Shown here: positions 9,709 through 20,037 of the stretch, one piece after another
How positions within the stretch are numbered: the stretch's first letter is position 1
Layout: each line of letters begins with the position of its first letter
Source: an uncultured beta proteobacterium
Lineage (GTDB): Bacteria > Pseudomonadota > Gammaproteobacteria > Burkholderiales > SG8-41
Assembly (NCBI GenBank): GCA_903889565.1
Contig: CAISYC010000027.1
Coordinates: forward strand, 864-64,863
Reading direction: 5' to 3'
Length of the DNA: 64,000 nucleotides
Made by a program: the position numbers and the translations under genes
The notes under the pieces: model-generated
What the model was told of the DNA's origin: nothing
Seen by the model: only the letters and a program-made list of their open reading frames with translations
The model's database searches: none

Positions 9709-10695
9709 ATGCCGCTGATCAAAGATATTTACCGCTACCCGATCAAGGGGCTGAGCCCGCAGCCGGTGCCGCGCATCGACCTCGAAGCAGGCAAGCCGTT
9801 TCCGTTCGACCGCGTATTCGCACTGGCGCGACCCGGTGCGGCAATCGATCCGTCCGAACCGAAATGGGGCAAGAAGGGCCTGTTCGTCATGTTGATGCTC
9901 GACGAAGGCCTCGCCGGGGTGCAGACCCGGCTCGACATCGAAACGCTGCATCTGACGATCACGCAGGGCGACACCCATCTGCTCAGCGCCGATCTGCACA
10001 CCACCCAGGGCCGCGCCGCGGTCGAGGCGTTTTTCACGACGCTGCTGCCGAAGCTCTCGTCGCCGGCGCGGCTGGTGCACGCGGTCAACGGCCATTTCAT
10101 GGACAAACCGGATAACGTGGTCTCGCTGATCAACCTCGCCACCGTGCGCAGCCTCGAACAGAAATGGGGTTACGCGATCGATCCGCTGCGCTTTCGCGCC
10201 AACTTTTATATCGACGACGCCGAGCCGTGGTCGGAATTCGAATGGATCGGCGGCGACCTCAAGCTCGGCGACGCGGTGCTGCACGCCGACCGCCGCAACG
10301 GCCGCTGCAACGCCACCAACGTCAATCCCGCCAGCGGCACGCGCGATCTTGAAATCCCCACCGCGTTGTATCGCGACTTCGGGCACCGCGAACTCGGCAT
10401 TTATCTGACCGTGCGACAAGCCGGCGCCGTCGCGGTCGGCGACGCGCTGACGCCGCAGGCCGGGACTCGCACCGCGCCGCCGGACAACGTGATCCCGATC
10501 ACCATCGGCGCGCCGGGGCCGCGCCGCTACATATGTCGCGGCTGCTATTTCATCTACGACGAAGCCACCGGCCTGCCCGCCGCCGCAATTGCGCCGGGCA
10601 CGCGCTTCGCCGACATTCCGGCGCAGTGGCGCTGCGCGGATTGCGGGGCGGAGAAGACGGCGTTTCTGCCCTACGTGGCGAAATTGGCGAAGTAG
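9709..10695 (+). CDS. MOSC-domain protein with C-terminal rubredoxin
   Basis: IYRYPIKGLS, FDRVFAL, RFRANFYI, RCNATNVNP; C-terminal CRGC...WRCADC. Confidence 0.88.
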   Translation: MPLIKDIYRYPIKGLSPQPVPRIDLEAGKPFPFDRVFALARPGAAIDPSEPKWGKKGLFVMLMLDEGLAGVQTRLDIETLHLTITQGDTHLLSADLHTTQGRAAVEAFFTTLLPKLSSPARLVHAVNGHFMDKPDNVVSLINLATVRSLEQKWGYAIDPLRFRANFYIDDAEPWSEFEWIGGDLKLGDAVLHADRRNGRCNATNVNPASGTRDLEIPTALYRDFGHRELGIYLTVRQAGAVAVGDALTPQAGTRTAPPDNVIPITIGAPGPRRYICRGCYFIYDEATGLPAAAIAPGTRFADIPAQWRCADCGAEKTAFLPYVAKLAK

Positions 10696-10712
10696 CTCCG
10701 CTCTCCGTCCTA

Positions 10713-10841
10713 CCCCTCACCCTATCCCTCTCCCTCAAGGGGCGAGGGAACCCACGAACAAACATCGCGAAGTTGACGAAGCAGCAGACGTCGCCGTGCC
10801 CCCTCGCCCCGCGTTCGCGGGGAGAGGGCTGGGGTGAGCGG
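10713..10841. repeat. Inverted pair of REP-like palindromes
   Basis: cccctcaccctatccctctccctcaaggggcgaggg and ccctcgccccgcgttcgcggggagagggctggggtgag. Confidence 0.75.
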
Positions 10842-10901
10842 CGCAATTCCCACTAGAATAGCGGCCTTGCGTCATTCCTCAACCCCTTTCAGGTAACCGT
10901 C

Positions 10902-12335
10902 ATGTATCCAAACACCCTGCTCCATATCGATGGCCAATGGTGCGCCGCGGCCGCGGGCCGCACGCTGCCGGTCGTCAATCCCGCCAACCATCAGCACATC
11001 GGCACCGTTGCGTATGCCGAGAAGGCCGATCTCGATCGCGCACTCGATGCCGCGCAGCGGGGCTTCAAGGCGTGGCGCAAGGTTTCGGCGTTCGAGCGTT
11101 GCAAGATCATGCGCAAGGCCGCCGATCTGTTCCGCGAGCGCGCCGACATGGTCGCCACCTGCATGACCTTCGAACAGGGCAAACCGGTCGGCGAAGCCAA
11201 GTTGGAAGTGCTGGCCGGCGCCGACCTGATCGACTGGTTTGCCGAAGAAGGCAAGCGCGCGTACGGCCGCGTGATTCCGGCGCGCGCCGAAGGCGTGTAT
11301 CAACTGGTGGTCAAAGAACCGGTCGGCCCGGTCGCCGCCTTCACGCCGTGGAATTTTCCGATCAACCAGGCGGTGCGCAAACTGTCGGCGGCGCTCGCCA
11401 CCGGCTGCTCGATCATTCTCAAAGCGCCGGAAGAAACGCCGGCCTCGCCCGCGGAGTTAGTGCGTGCCTTCGTTGACGCCGGCGTGCCGGCTGGCGTAAT
11501 CAATCTGGTCTACGGCAGCCCCGCGGAAATTTCCGGCTATCTGATTCCGCATCCGGTCATCCGCAAAATCACCTTCACCGGCTCCACACCGGTCGGCAAA
11601 CAACTCGCCGCGCTCGCCGGCGCGCACATGAAGCGCGTGACCATGGAACTCGGCGGCCATGCGCCGGTGATCATTTTCGACGACGCCGATATCGAGCTCG
11701 CGGCGAAGACCATGACCTTCATGAAATTCCGCAACGCCGGTCAGGTCTGCGTGTCGCCGACGCGCTTTCTGGTGCAGGAAGGCGTCTACAAAAAATTTGT
11801 CGATCAATTTGTCGAAGGCGCGAAGGGCGTCAAGGTCGGCGACGGTTTCGACCCGGCGACGAAGATGGCCACCCTCGCCAATCCGCGCCGCCAGTCGGCG
11901 ATGGTCGCCAACGTCGAAGACGCGAAGAAGCACGGCGGCAACGTGCGCACCGGCGGCTTTCCGATTGGCGAGAAAGGCAACTTCTTCGAACCGACGGTGG
12001 TGACCGAACTCGAAACCAGCGCGATGGCAATGAACACCGAACCGTTCGGCCCGCTCGCCATCATCAACCCGTTCAAGACCTTTGACGATGCGGTGACCGA
12101 AGCGAACCGCCTGCCCTATGGGCTGGCCGCCTACGCGTGGACAAAATCGACCAAGACCGCCACCGCGATTGCCGCGCAAGTCGAAACCGGCATGATGACC
12201 ATCAACCATCTCGGCTTCGCGCTGCCCGAAGTGCCGTTCGGCGGCGTCAAGGATTCGGGCTACGGTTCCGAAGGCGGCGCCGACGCGATCGAGCCCTACC
12301 TCGTGTCGAAGTTTGTCACGCAGGCCGGGCTGTAA
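10902..12335 (+). CDS. NAD-dependent succinate-semialdehyde dehydrogenase-like aldehyde dehydrogenase
   Basis: [37 protein letters not shown]. Confidence 0.92.
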   Translation: MYPNTLLHIDGQWCAAAAGRTLPVVNPANHQHIGTVAYAEKADLDRALDAAQRGFKAWRKVSAFERCKIMRKAADLFRERADMVATCMTFEQGKPVGEAKLEVLAGADLIDWFAEEGKRAYGRVIPARAEGVYQLVVKEPVGPVAAFTPWNFPINQAVRKLSAALATGCSIILKAPEETPASPAELVRAFVDAGVPAGVINLVYGSPAEISGYLIPHPVIRKITFTGSTPVGKQLAALAGAHMKRVTMELGGHAPVIIFDDADIELAAKTMTFMKFRNAGQVCVSPTRFLVQEGVYKKFVDQFVEGAKGVKVGDGFDPATKMATLANPRRQSAMVANVEDAKKHGGNVRTGGFPIGEKGNFFEPTVVTELETSAMAMNTEPFGPLAIINPFKTFDDAVTEANRLPYGLAAYAWTKSTKTATAIAAQVETGMMTINHLGFALPEVPFGGVKDSGYGSEGGADAIEPYLVSKFVTQAGL

Positions 12336-12364
12336 CCGCGGCAACGCAGTCAACCGCTTCGAAC

Positions 12365-13177
12365 ATGAACGTGTTCCGGATGGCGTCATGCATGGCGGAC
12401 AACGCCGCATCGACCTGCCAGGCGATTGCCGATTACCTCGGCGGCGCAACCGGCCTGCCGGTTCACTTCATGAAAGACGTGCCGTACCAGGCGTGCGAAG
12501 CCGAGCTCGACCGCGGGCAGATTCACCTGTGCTGGATTTGCGGCTTGCCCTACGCGTGGAAAGCCACCGCAGAAGATTCGTACGTCGAATTATGCGTCGT
12601 GCCGGTCATGCGCGAGGCACGCTATCAACAGCGCCCGGTCTATTACTCGGACGTCGTGGTGCACCGTGACAGTCCGTTCCAATCGTTTGCGGATTTGCGC
12701 GGCGCCTCTTGGTCGTACAACGAACCGCGCTCGCACTCCGGATTCAATGTGGTGCGCCATCATCTGGCCACACTGGGCGAACGCGAAGGATTTTTCGGCA
12801 TCGCGATCGAATCGGGCGCGCATCAACGCTCGCTCGAGCTGATCCGCCGGCGCGAGATCGATGCCTCGGCGATCGACAGTACGGTGCTCGAAGCCGAACT
12901 CCGGCGCGCGCCGCATTTGCTGGATGATATTCGCATCATCGACACGCTCGGCCCGAGTCCGATGCCGCCGTGGGTCATCGCCAAAAGTCTGCCGGTTGAA
13001 TTGAAACGCGCGATCACGACGGCCTTCCTCACCATGCACGCCGCGCCGCAGGGCGCCGACATCCTCGCCGGCTGGGGCATTTCGCATTTTGTCGTGCCGG
13101 ACGACGACGCCTATGAACCCATTCTCAGAATGGAGCGCGAGGCCGCCGGCGTGCAACTCGCACGGGGCGCGACCTAG
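12365..13177 (+). CDS. PhnD/SsuA/transferrin-fold substrate-binding-like protein (no signal peptide)
   Basis: WICGLPY, YYSDVVV, SHSG, GAHQRSL, DASAIDS, PMPPWV. Confidence 0.75.
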   Translation: MNVFRMASCMADNAASTCQAIADYLGGATGLPVHFMKDVPYQACEAELDRGQIHLCWICGLPYAWKATAEDSYVELCVVPVMREARYQQRPVYYSDVVVHRDSPFQSFADLRGASWSYNEPRSHSGFNVVRHHLATLGEREGFFGIAIESGAHQRSLELIRRREIDASAIDSTVLEAELRRAPHLLDDIRIIDTLGPSPMPPWVIAKSLPVELKRAITTAFLTMHAAPQGADILAGWGISHFVVPDDDAYEPILRMEREAAGVQLARGAT

Positions 13178-13294
13178 CAACGCGATCATCTCCCGCCGCA
13201 ATCTTGCGGCCGCGCAATTCAAAGCGCATCATGCGTCTTCAAAATCAGGCGCCCCCAATCGGGCACCAGACCTGATCAAACCCGAGGAGGAAAC

Positions 13295-13756
13295 ATGCCG
13301 TCACGATTCGACCTGCACGTCAACGGACGGGCGCACGCCGTCACGGCGGAGCCCGACATGCCATTGCTCTACGCGCTGCGCGACGATCTCGGCATGAAAG
13401 AGCCGCGCTTCGGTTGCGGGCTTGCGCAATGCGGCGCCTGCACCGTGCTGCTCGACGGCGTGCCGACGCGCTCCTGCATCACCGCGGTCTCTGCGGTCGG
13501 CGCCAAAAAAATCACCACGCTGGCCGGCATCGGCACGGCGCAAAAGCCGCACAAGGTGCAGGCTGCCTTCATCGAAGAACAGGTGCCGCAATGCGGCTAT
13601 TGCCTGAACGGCTGGGTGATGACCTCGGTCGCCCTGCTCGACAAAAATCCGCATCCCAGCGACGCGCAGATCCGCGAAGCGCTGACCGGACTCAAGTGCC
13701 GCTGCGGCACGCACATGAGCATCCTGCGCGCGGTCAAGCGCGCGGCGCAGGCGTAA
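13295..13756 (+). CDS. (2Fe-2S)-binding small subunit (IorA-like)
   Basis: GCGLAQCGACTV, QCGYC, CRCGT. Confidence 0.92.
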   Translation: MPSRFDLHVNGRAHAVTAEPDMPLLYALRDDLGMKEPRFGCGLAQCGACTVLLDGVPTRSCITAVSAVGAKKITTLAGIGTAQKPHKVQAAFIEEQVPQCGYCLNGWVMTSVALLDKNPHPSDAQIREALTGLKCRCGTHMSILRAVKRAAQA

Positions 13757-13765
13757 GGGGACATC

Positions 13766-16021
13766 ATGACCATACAAGTGAATCGTCGTGAATTCCTCGC
13801 CGGCAGCGGCGCGCTTACCGTCTCGGTGCTGCTGCCCGGGTTGACCAAACAGGCGCAGGCCGCCGGCACGCAGGCCTCGCGCCTCGGCCTCAAGCCCGAT
13901 CAGTTGTCGAGCTACATCAGCATCACGCACGACGGCCGCGTCGTCGGCTGGACCGGCAAGGTGGACATGGGTCAGGGCACCGAGATCGGCTGGATCAAGA
14001 TGATCGCCGAGGAACTCGACGTCGCGCCCGAACGCGTCAGCATGGTTCAGGGCAACACCGAAGAAACCGTCGATCAGGGCGGCGCCTCGGGTTCGACCGG
14101 CATCTGGTTCGGCGGCATCGCGCTGCGCAACGCGGCGGCCGAAGCGCGCCTCACACTGGTCGAAATGGCCGCGGCAAAATTCGGCGTGCCGGCCGCACAA
14201 CTGACGGTCGACAACGGCATCATCAGCGCCGGCGCGAAAAAAATCTCGTACGGCGAATTGATCGGCGGCAAACACTTCGACGTGCAGCTCGAGTGGAATC
14301 AGGAATACGGCAACGAACTCAAGGTGCAGGGCCGCGCCAAACCGAAGTCGCCATCGGAATACAAACTCATCGGCAGGGCCGGCACCAAACGCCGCGACAT
14401 CGTGGCGAAAGTGCTCGGCACCGCCACCAACATGGTGGACGTCAAACTGCCGGGCATGCTGCACGGGCGCATGCTGCGCCCGCCGGTGGCCGGCGCGGTG
14501 CCCGTTGCCGTCGATGAATCCTCGGTGAAACACATCCCCGGCGTGAAAGTCGTGTGGCAAAAGGATTTCATCGGCCTCGTTGCGCCGAAACAGTGGGATG
14601 CAATCCGCGCCGCGCGCGCATTGAAGGTGACGTGGTCGGCAGTGAAGCCGCCCTTCCCCGATCAGAAAGACATCTACAACCACATCCGTGCCGCCAAATC
14701 GATGAAGCGCGATGAAGACGTCAAGGTCGGCGACACCGACGCCGCCTTCGCCAATGCCGCGAAAATCGTCGAGGCCACCTACGAATGGCCGTTCCATTCG
14801 CACGCCTCGATGGCGCCGGCCTGCGGTGTCGCCGACATGCGCGAGGGCGAAGCCACCGTGTGGACGGGCGGTCAGAAGCCGCACTTCTGCCGCGAAGGCA
14901 TCGCCAAGATGTTCAACCTGCCCGAAGAAAAAGTGAAGGTCATGTTCATGACCGGGCCGGGCTCGTACGGCCGCAACGACTCGGGCGATGCGACGATGGA
15001 TGCCGCCGTGCTGTCGAAGGCCGTCGGCAAGCCGGTGCGCGTGCAGGGCATGCGTCACGACGGCACGCAGTGGGATCCGAAGTCGCCGGCCTCGGTGCAC
15101 ACCTCGCGCGCCGCCATCGACAGGGATGGCAAGGTGATCGGCTGGCAGTTCGAAACCAAGGCGTTTTCGCGGCGCGAATTTTTCCGCGATGAAGGCTCGC
15201 CCGAGCGCACGCTCGCCGGCCAGCTGCTGGGCTGGCCGCTGAAGCCGGTGTGGCTGCTCGGCGTGCCGGGCGAATCATATTCGTTCGCCGCGCGGCGCAA
15301 AACCTCGGACACCATCGCGCCGCTGATCGACCGCGCCTCGCCGCTGCGCAGCTCGCACTTCCGCGATCCGGGCGGGCCGCAGATTCATTTCGCCTCCGAA
15401 TCGTTCATGGACGAACTGGCGCTCGCCACCAACACCGACGCAGTGGAATTCCGCCTGCGTTATCTCTCCAATCCGCGCGATGTGCAGGTGGTGAAGACGG
15501 CGGCCGAGAAAGCCGGCTGGCAGCCGCACGTCGGCGCGCGCAAGCAACTGCGCGGCGACGTCTACGTCGGTCAGGGCCTGTCATATGCGGTGCGCGGCGC
15601 GACACGCGTGGCAGTCGTCGCCGAAGTCGAAGTGCACAAGCAAACGCATCGCATCTGGGTGCGGCGTTATTTCATCGCGCACGACTGCGGCCAGGTGATC
15701 GCGCCCGATTTGCTGCGGCAGACGCTTGAAGCGCAGATCGTGCAGACCACCAGCCGCGCCGTCTACGAAGAAGTGAAGTTCGACAACAATAACGTAACGA
15801 GTGTGGATTGGCAGACTTATCCGATTCTCGACATGAAAGACGCGCCCGAAACCATCGACATCACATTGATCGATCGCCCCGAACTGCCGCCCGGCGGCGC
15901 CGGCGAAGCAACCTGCCGTCCGCTGCCGGCGGCGATCGCAAACGCGATCTTCGATGCCACCGGCGTGCGCATGCGGCAGGCGCCGTTCACGCCGGCGCGT
16001 TTGAAGGCGGGATGGGTTTAG
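13766..16021 (+). CDS. Molybdopterin-binding large subunit, IorB/aldehyde oxidoreductase-like, Tat-exported
   Basis: Twin-arginine NRREFL, GKVDMGQG, HASMAP, HDCG, GAGEA. Confidence 0.88.
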   Translation: MTIQVNRREFLAGSGALTVSVLLPGLTKQAQAAGTQASRLGLKPDQLSSYISITHDGRVVGWTGKVDMGQGTEIGWIKMIAEELDVAPERVSMVQGNTEETVDQGGASGSTGIWFGGIALRNAAAEARLTLVEMAAAKFGVPAAQLTVDNGIISAGAKKISYGELIGGKHFDVQLEWNQEYGNELKVQGRAKPKSPSEYKLIGRAGTKRRDIVAKVLGTATNMVDVKLPGMLHGRMLRPPVAGAVPVAVDESSVKHIPGVKVVWQKDFIGLVAPKQWDAIRAARALKVTWSAVKPPFPDQKDIYNHIRAAKSMKRDEDVKVGDTDAAFANAAKIVEATYEWPFHSHASMAPACGVADMREGEATVWTGGQKPHFCREGIAKMFNLPEEKVKVMFMTGPGSYGRNDSGDATMDAAVLSKAVGKPVRVQGMRHDGTQWDPKSPASVHTSRAAIDRDGKVIGWQFETKAFSRREFFRDEGSPERTLAGQLLGWPLKPVWLLGVPGESYSFAARRKTSDTIAPLIDRASPLRSSHFRDPGGPQIHFASESFMDELALATNTDAVEFRLRYLSNPRDVQVVKTAAEKAGWQPHVGARKQLRGDVYVGQGLSYAVRGATRVAVVAEVEVHKQTHRIWVRRYFIAHDCGQVIAPDLLRQTLEAQIVQTTSRAVYEEVKFDNNNVTSVDWQTYPILDMKDAPETIDITLIDRPELPPGGAGEATCRPLPAAIANAIFDATGVRMRQAPFTPARLKAGWV

Positions 16022-16031
16022 GACGATGGCG

Positions 16032-16064
16032 CCCTCGCCCCCGCGCCAGCGGGGAGAGGGGGGG
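16032..16064. repeat. REP-like palindrome
   Basis: ccctcgcccccgcgccagcggggagaggg. Confidence 0.65.
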
Positions 16065-16102
16065 CTGCTGACAAGTAGCCACATGACTTCTGGAAGACTG
16101 GA

Positions 16103-17083
16103 ATGTGCACTTCAATCCGACTGCTAACGTTTTGTTCGTTGCTCGCAACCGCGTCATCCGCCGCCGTCGCGCAAGCCAATTTTCCGTCGCAGCCGATCCA
16201 CTTTATCGTCACCACCGCGCCGGGCGGCGGGCTCGACAATTTTTCGCGTCTGCTTGCCAAGGAATTGACCGCGCGTCTCGGCCAGCAGGTCGTCGTCGAT
16301 AACCGCCCGGGTGCGGGCACCACCATCGGCAGTGCGGCGGCGGCGCGCGCCAAACCCGACGGTTACACGGTGCTGCTCAACACGTCGGCGCTGGCGATTA
16401 GCCCGGCGATCTACGAAAAACTGCCCTACGACACGCTGCGCGATCTCATTCCGGTAACCATGGGCGCGGCCGCACCCAACGTGCTGGTGGTGCATCCCTC
16501 GCTGCCGGCGAAATCGGTCGGCGAATTGCTCGCACTGGCGAAGGCACGTGCGAATCGCGGCGATCCGCTGCTCTACGGCTCGGGCGGCAGCGGCACCAAC
16601 GGCCATCTCGCCGCGGCGCTGTTGTTCAACATGGCGCAGATCCGCGTCATCCATGTGCCGTACAAAAGCGGCTCGCTCGCCACCGTCGATGTCATCGCCG
16701 GCCAGGTTCCGGTGTTCTTCGATGCGGTATCGAGCGTGCGGCCGCATGTGAATTCCGGCAAGCTGCGCGCGCTGGCGGTGTCGAGCGCGCAGCGCAGCGC
16801 CGCCGCGCCGGGCCTGCCAACGATCGCCGAGTCGGGCGTGCCCGGTTACGAATCGATGCAGTGGTACGGCCTGCTGCTGCCCGCGGGCACCTCGCCGGAA
16901 ATCGTCGCGTGGCTGCATCGCGAAACCACCGCGCTGCTGCGCGCCGCGCCGTTCAAGGAACGCCTCACCGCCGAAGGCATGGACGTGGTGGCGAACACGC
17001 CGGACGAATTCGCCGCGATGATCAAGGCCGATATCGCGAAGTGGACCAGGCTGATCAAGGCGATCGGGGTGCCGGCGACGTAA
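16103..17083 (+). CDS. Bug/TctC substrate-binding protein
   Basis: FPSQPIHFIV..APGGGLD, DNRPGAG, DGYTVL. Confidence 0.9.
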   Translation: MCTSIRLLTFCSLLATASSAAVAQANFPSQPIHFIVTTAPGGGLDNFSRLLAKELTARLGQQVVVDNRPGAGTTIGSAAAARAKPDGYTVLLNTSALAISPAIYEKLPYDTLRDLIPVTMGAAAPNVLVVHPSLPAKSVGELLALAKARANRGDPLLYGSGGSGTNGHLAAALLFNMAQIRVIHVPYKSGSLATVDVIAGQVPVFFDAVSSVRPHVNSGKLRALAVSSAQRSAAAPGLPTIAESGVPGYESMQWYGLLLPAGTSPEIVAWLHRETTALLRAAPFKERLTAEGMDVVANTPDEFAAMIKADIAKWTRLIKAIGVPAT

Positions 17084-17135
17084 CCGCGCGGCTTTTTGCC
17101 AGGGTGAGGGTGGGTCACTCACCACCAGGCAAAAT

Positions 17136-18380
17136 CTATTTGATCTTCCGCGCCGCCGGCATCAGCACCATCAACAACAAAATCCCGGCCGCGCCGGTGA
17201 GGCCCATTGCCGCGACGGCGCCGCGCGGGCCGATGGCGGCGGCGAGCACACCGGCCACCATGCTGCCGGCGGTGGAGAGCATCTGGCTCATGTTGAACAG
17301 CGCCATCGAGCGGCCGCGAAACTCCGGCTCGGAGTAGGACTGCACCACGGTATTCACCAGCGCGTTGGCGTGCACGTGGCACAGGCCCGCCAGCAGCATG
17401 AACATCAGCGCCATCCAGTACCACGGCGAGCACGCCAGCCCCACCACCATCAGGCCATAGAGCAGCGATGCGTCGAGCATGACCTTGCCGCGTGTCCAGC
17501 GGTGGCCGGTGAGCGTGATCAGGATCGAGCTCACCACCGCGCCGCTGCCCATCGCCGCCAGCAGCATGCCCTGGCCGCCGGCGCCGATGTTCAGGATGTC
17601 GCGCGCGAACACCGGCAGCATGGTGGTGAACGGAAAGATGAACGTCGACACCACCGTCGTGCACATAATGCCGGCGCGCACGATTTTGTGGTTCCACGCG
17701 TACTTCCAGCCCTTGAGAATGCTTTCGACGTACGATTCGCGCTGCATCTGCGCCTTGAATTCGGCGCTGCGCGGCATCGGCCCCAGTTTCGCCGCCCATA
17801 TGGTGGCGATGAGCAGGCTTGCCGACTGCACCGCATAGGCGCCGTCGGTATCCGAAAACGCGATGATGGCGCCGGCCAGCGCCGGGCCGATCAGCCGCGC
17901 GCCGTTGAAGATCATCGAGGTCAAGCCGATCGCGTTGGTCAGCAGTTCCGACGGCACGGTGTCGGACACCAGCGAGCTGCGCGCCGGCTGCTGGATCACC
18001 TGCATCAGCCCCGAGCACACCGCCGCCACATACACATGCCAGGGCTGGACCACATGCGCGTAGATCAGCAGCGCCAGCACCGCGAAGATGACCGTGCTCA
18101 TACCCTGCGCGAACAGCAGCAGCGAGCGGCGCGAATAGCGATCGGCAAAGGTACCGGCAAACGGCGCGAACAACAACAGCGGCACGAACTGGATGCCGCG
18201 CGCGAGGCCCAACTGCACCATCGAATTGGTGATCTGATAAATCAGCCAGCCGCGGCTCAGCTCGTCCATCCAGAAGCCGAGGTTGCCGAAGATCTGGCAC
18301 ACCGACACCGTGCGGAAGTCGCGGTAGTGCAGGGCTTTGAAGGCGCGGTTGTTGCGAAAGGCCGTGAAGAGGGAACCCAT
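17136..18380 (-). CDS. MFS transporter
   Basis: About 12 hydrophobic segments; GTFADRYSRR motif A; PEFRGR. Confidence 0.9.
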   Translation of the reverse strand: MGSLFTAFRNNRAFKALHYRDFRTVSVCQIFGNLGFWMDELSRGWLIYQITNSMVQLGLARGIQFVPLLLFAPFAGTFADRYSRRSLLLFAQGMSTVIFAVLALLIYAHVVQPWHVYVAAVCSGLMQVIQQPARSSLVSDTVPSELLTNAIGLTSMIFNGARLIGPALAGAIIAFSDTDGAYAVQSASLLIATIWAAKLGPMPRSAEFKAQMQRESYVESILKGWKYAWNHKIVRAGIMCTTVVSTFIFPFTTMLPVFARDILNIGAGGQGMLLAAMGSGAVVSSILITLTGHRWTRGKVMLDASLLYGLMVVGLACSPWYWMALMFMLLAGLCHVHANALVNTVVQSYSEPEFRGRSMALFNMSQMLSTAGSMVAGVLAAAIGPRGAVAAMGLTGAAGILLLMVLMPAARKIK

Positions 18381-18493
18381 GACCGGATTTTAGCGGGTTG
18401 GCGGACTTAAGCCCTGATCAACGCCGCAGAAGTCGCTTGCAGGAAATCGTGGTCCCTTCGTGTACACAATGCTGATGCGAAGTGGCGCTCGTA

Positions 18494-18838
18494 TTAAGCC
18501 GCCTGCAGCAGGAACTCCACCTTGATCGCAGCGAACGGAAACTCCACGCCACCATCGACTCGGCTGAGCATACCCGCCGCGAGCAGTGCGGTGATATCGC
18601 CATGCACCGCCTTCACGTCGCGGCCGACCATACGCGCGGCCTCGCGTATCGAAACCGGCCCCGCGCCGCACAGCACCTTCAGCAACTCCCAGCGCTTTGC
18701 CGTGAGCACTTTCCACAAAATTTCGGGCGTCGCAAAACTGATGCGCGCCGACTTCTGCGGTTTGCCGCTCTTCCACGCACGGGAAAAGTCCGCCATCGCA
18801 TCGGCAGGCTTGCGCACTTCAAGCGTCACTGTTTTCAC
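18494..18838 (-). CDS. HVO_A0114-family HTH protein (putative antitoxin)
   Basis: ISFATPEILWKVLTAKRWELL, SIREAARMVGRDVKAVHGD; GTG start after GAGGTGG. Confidence 0.8.
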   Translation of the reverse strand: MKTVTLEVRKPADAMADFSRAWKSGKPQKSARISFATPEILWKVLTAKRWELLKVLCGAGPVSIREAARMVGRDVKAVHGDITALLAAGMLSRVDGGVEFPFAAIKVEFLLQAA

Positions 18839-18871
18839 GATTCCACCTCGCAATATCGGCCCGGAAAGCCG
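18819..18871 (-). pseudogene. C-terminal remnant of a DUF6516/TumE-type toxin
   Basis: AFRADIARWNRENSDA* overlaps the antitoxin start as the cognate toxin C-terminus would; the rest is absent (family assignment from memory). Confidence 0.5.
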
Positions 18872-19483
18872 CTAAGCCTTCGCGTACCAGGCCTTGACGT
18901 CGGCGTGATCGCGCACCGCATTGTGAATGCGCATCAACTTCGGATAGCCGTCGAATATCGTCGCCGGAATGTAATCGACCTTGCCGCCGAGGAACCAGCG
19001 CACCGCCAGGTGCAGCTTCAGGTCCACCACGTGCAGCTTGCTGCCCGCGAAGAACGGGCCGTCGCCAAGAATGTTCTTTTCGGCGAACTGCGCCCATGCG
19101 GGCAAAAAGCCGGCCACCATGGCTTCGCGTGCGGTTTTCTTCTCGGCCTCGCCCATGCGGATGGTCGGCCCGACCACCGCGCGCATGTCTTCGACGTGGT
19201 TCATCATCCCCTCGTGGCGCGCGGCCTCGAAGTCGTCGGCCGGATGCAGGCCGTGGCGGCGACCGATCAGCACGAGGATCGGATTGGTGTGCGCCAGCGG
19301 CGGTTTGCCCGGCAGTTCAAGCACCGGCATCGAGCCATAGGGCGTGCCGGCCTTCATGCCGGCCCATGCGTCAAACTTGATGCGCACGTCTTCGAAATCG
19401 ACGCCCGCGAGATGCAGCGCGAGTCGGCATTCCTCGCCGCGGCTGATCGGCGCATCGAAATAAATCAATTTGGGTTTTGACAT
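18872..19483 (-). CDS. Glutathione S-transferase
   Basis: LIYFD..SRGEECRLAL, TPYGSMPVLE, HTNPIL; AAGGAG RBS. Confidence 0.88.
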   Translation of the reverse strand: MSKPKLIYFDAPISRGEECRLALHLAGVDFEDVRIKFDAWAGMKAGTPYGSMPVLELPGKPPLAHTNPILVLIGRRHGLHPADDFEAARHEGMMNHVEDMRAVVGPTIRMGEAEKKTAREAMVAGFLPAWAQFAEKNILGDGPFFAGSKLHVVDLKLHLAVRWFLGGKVDYIPATIFDGYPKLMRIHNAVRDHADVKAWYAKA

Positions 19484-19652
19484 GCTAATCATGCTCCTTG
19501 TGCTTCAGTAAGAACGCCGCCTGCCGTGCAAATAGCGGGGCGGCGGGATATTTTCAGAAATTGATTTTACTCGAACCTTTTTATTGCCACCGCTGTAGGT
19601 ACAGTCTGCAGCCTTCAAGCGGAATATCAAGCCTGCCCCCCTTAATTTAGAG

Positions 19653-19939
19653 GCTCATCAGGAAATCGAGTGGGCGAAAAATCGAGCCCCATCATGGAAA
19701 GATCAGGGGTCACGCCTCCCGGGGGCGCCTCTATATAATTTTGAGAGGTTTAGCCATTCGGGAGGGTCGCGGAAATTCATGTACCCGAATCTGTTGCTTA
19801 CCACCGAAACAAGTCTTAATGCTTCGACGATGGTTGACTTGCCCGCGTTATTTCTACCAACGATAGTGGTTAAGTCTCTAAACGCAAGGGAATGTTCTTC
19901 AAATCCCCGAAAATTTTGGAGTTGCAGTACCGCCAACAT
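19653..19939 (-). pseudogene. Truncated, frameshifted AAA_15/OLD-type ATPase N-terminus
   Basis: LQNFRGF, Walker A GRNNAGKST; stops after 78 aa; lies in an AT-rich segment. Confidence 0.75.
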
Positions 19940-20037
19940 TTTGAATATTCTCGTATAGACTCAAACACTATGCCTCTCCCCAGCTTCGAAAACTTTAGGG
20001 GATAGCCCTCAATAAATCAAAGAATCGGGGGGTTGAT

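Noticed and set aside
19640-19665. Possible IS end (ttagaggctc) truncating the ATPase relic
   Set aside because: Too short, with no partner inverted repeat or transposase to support it.
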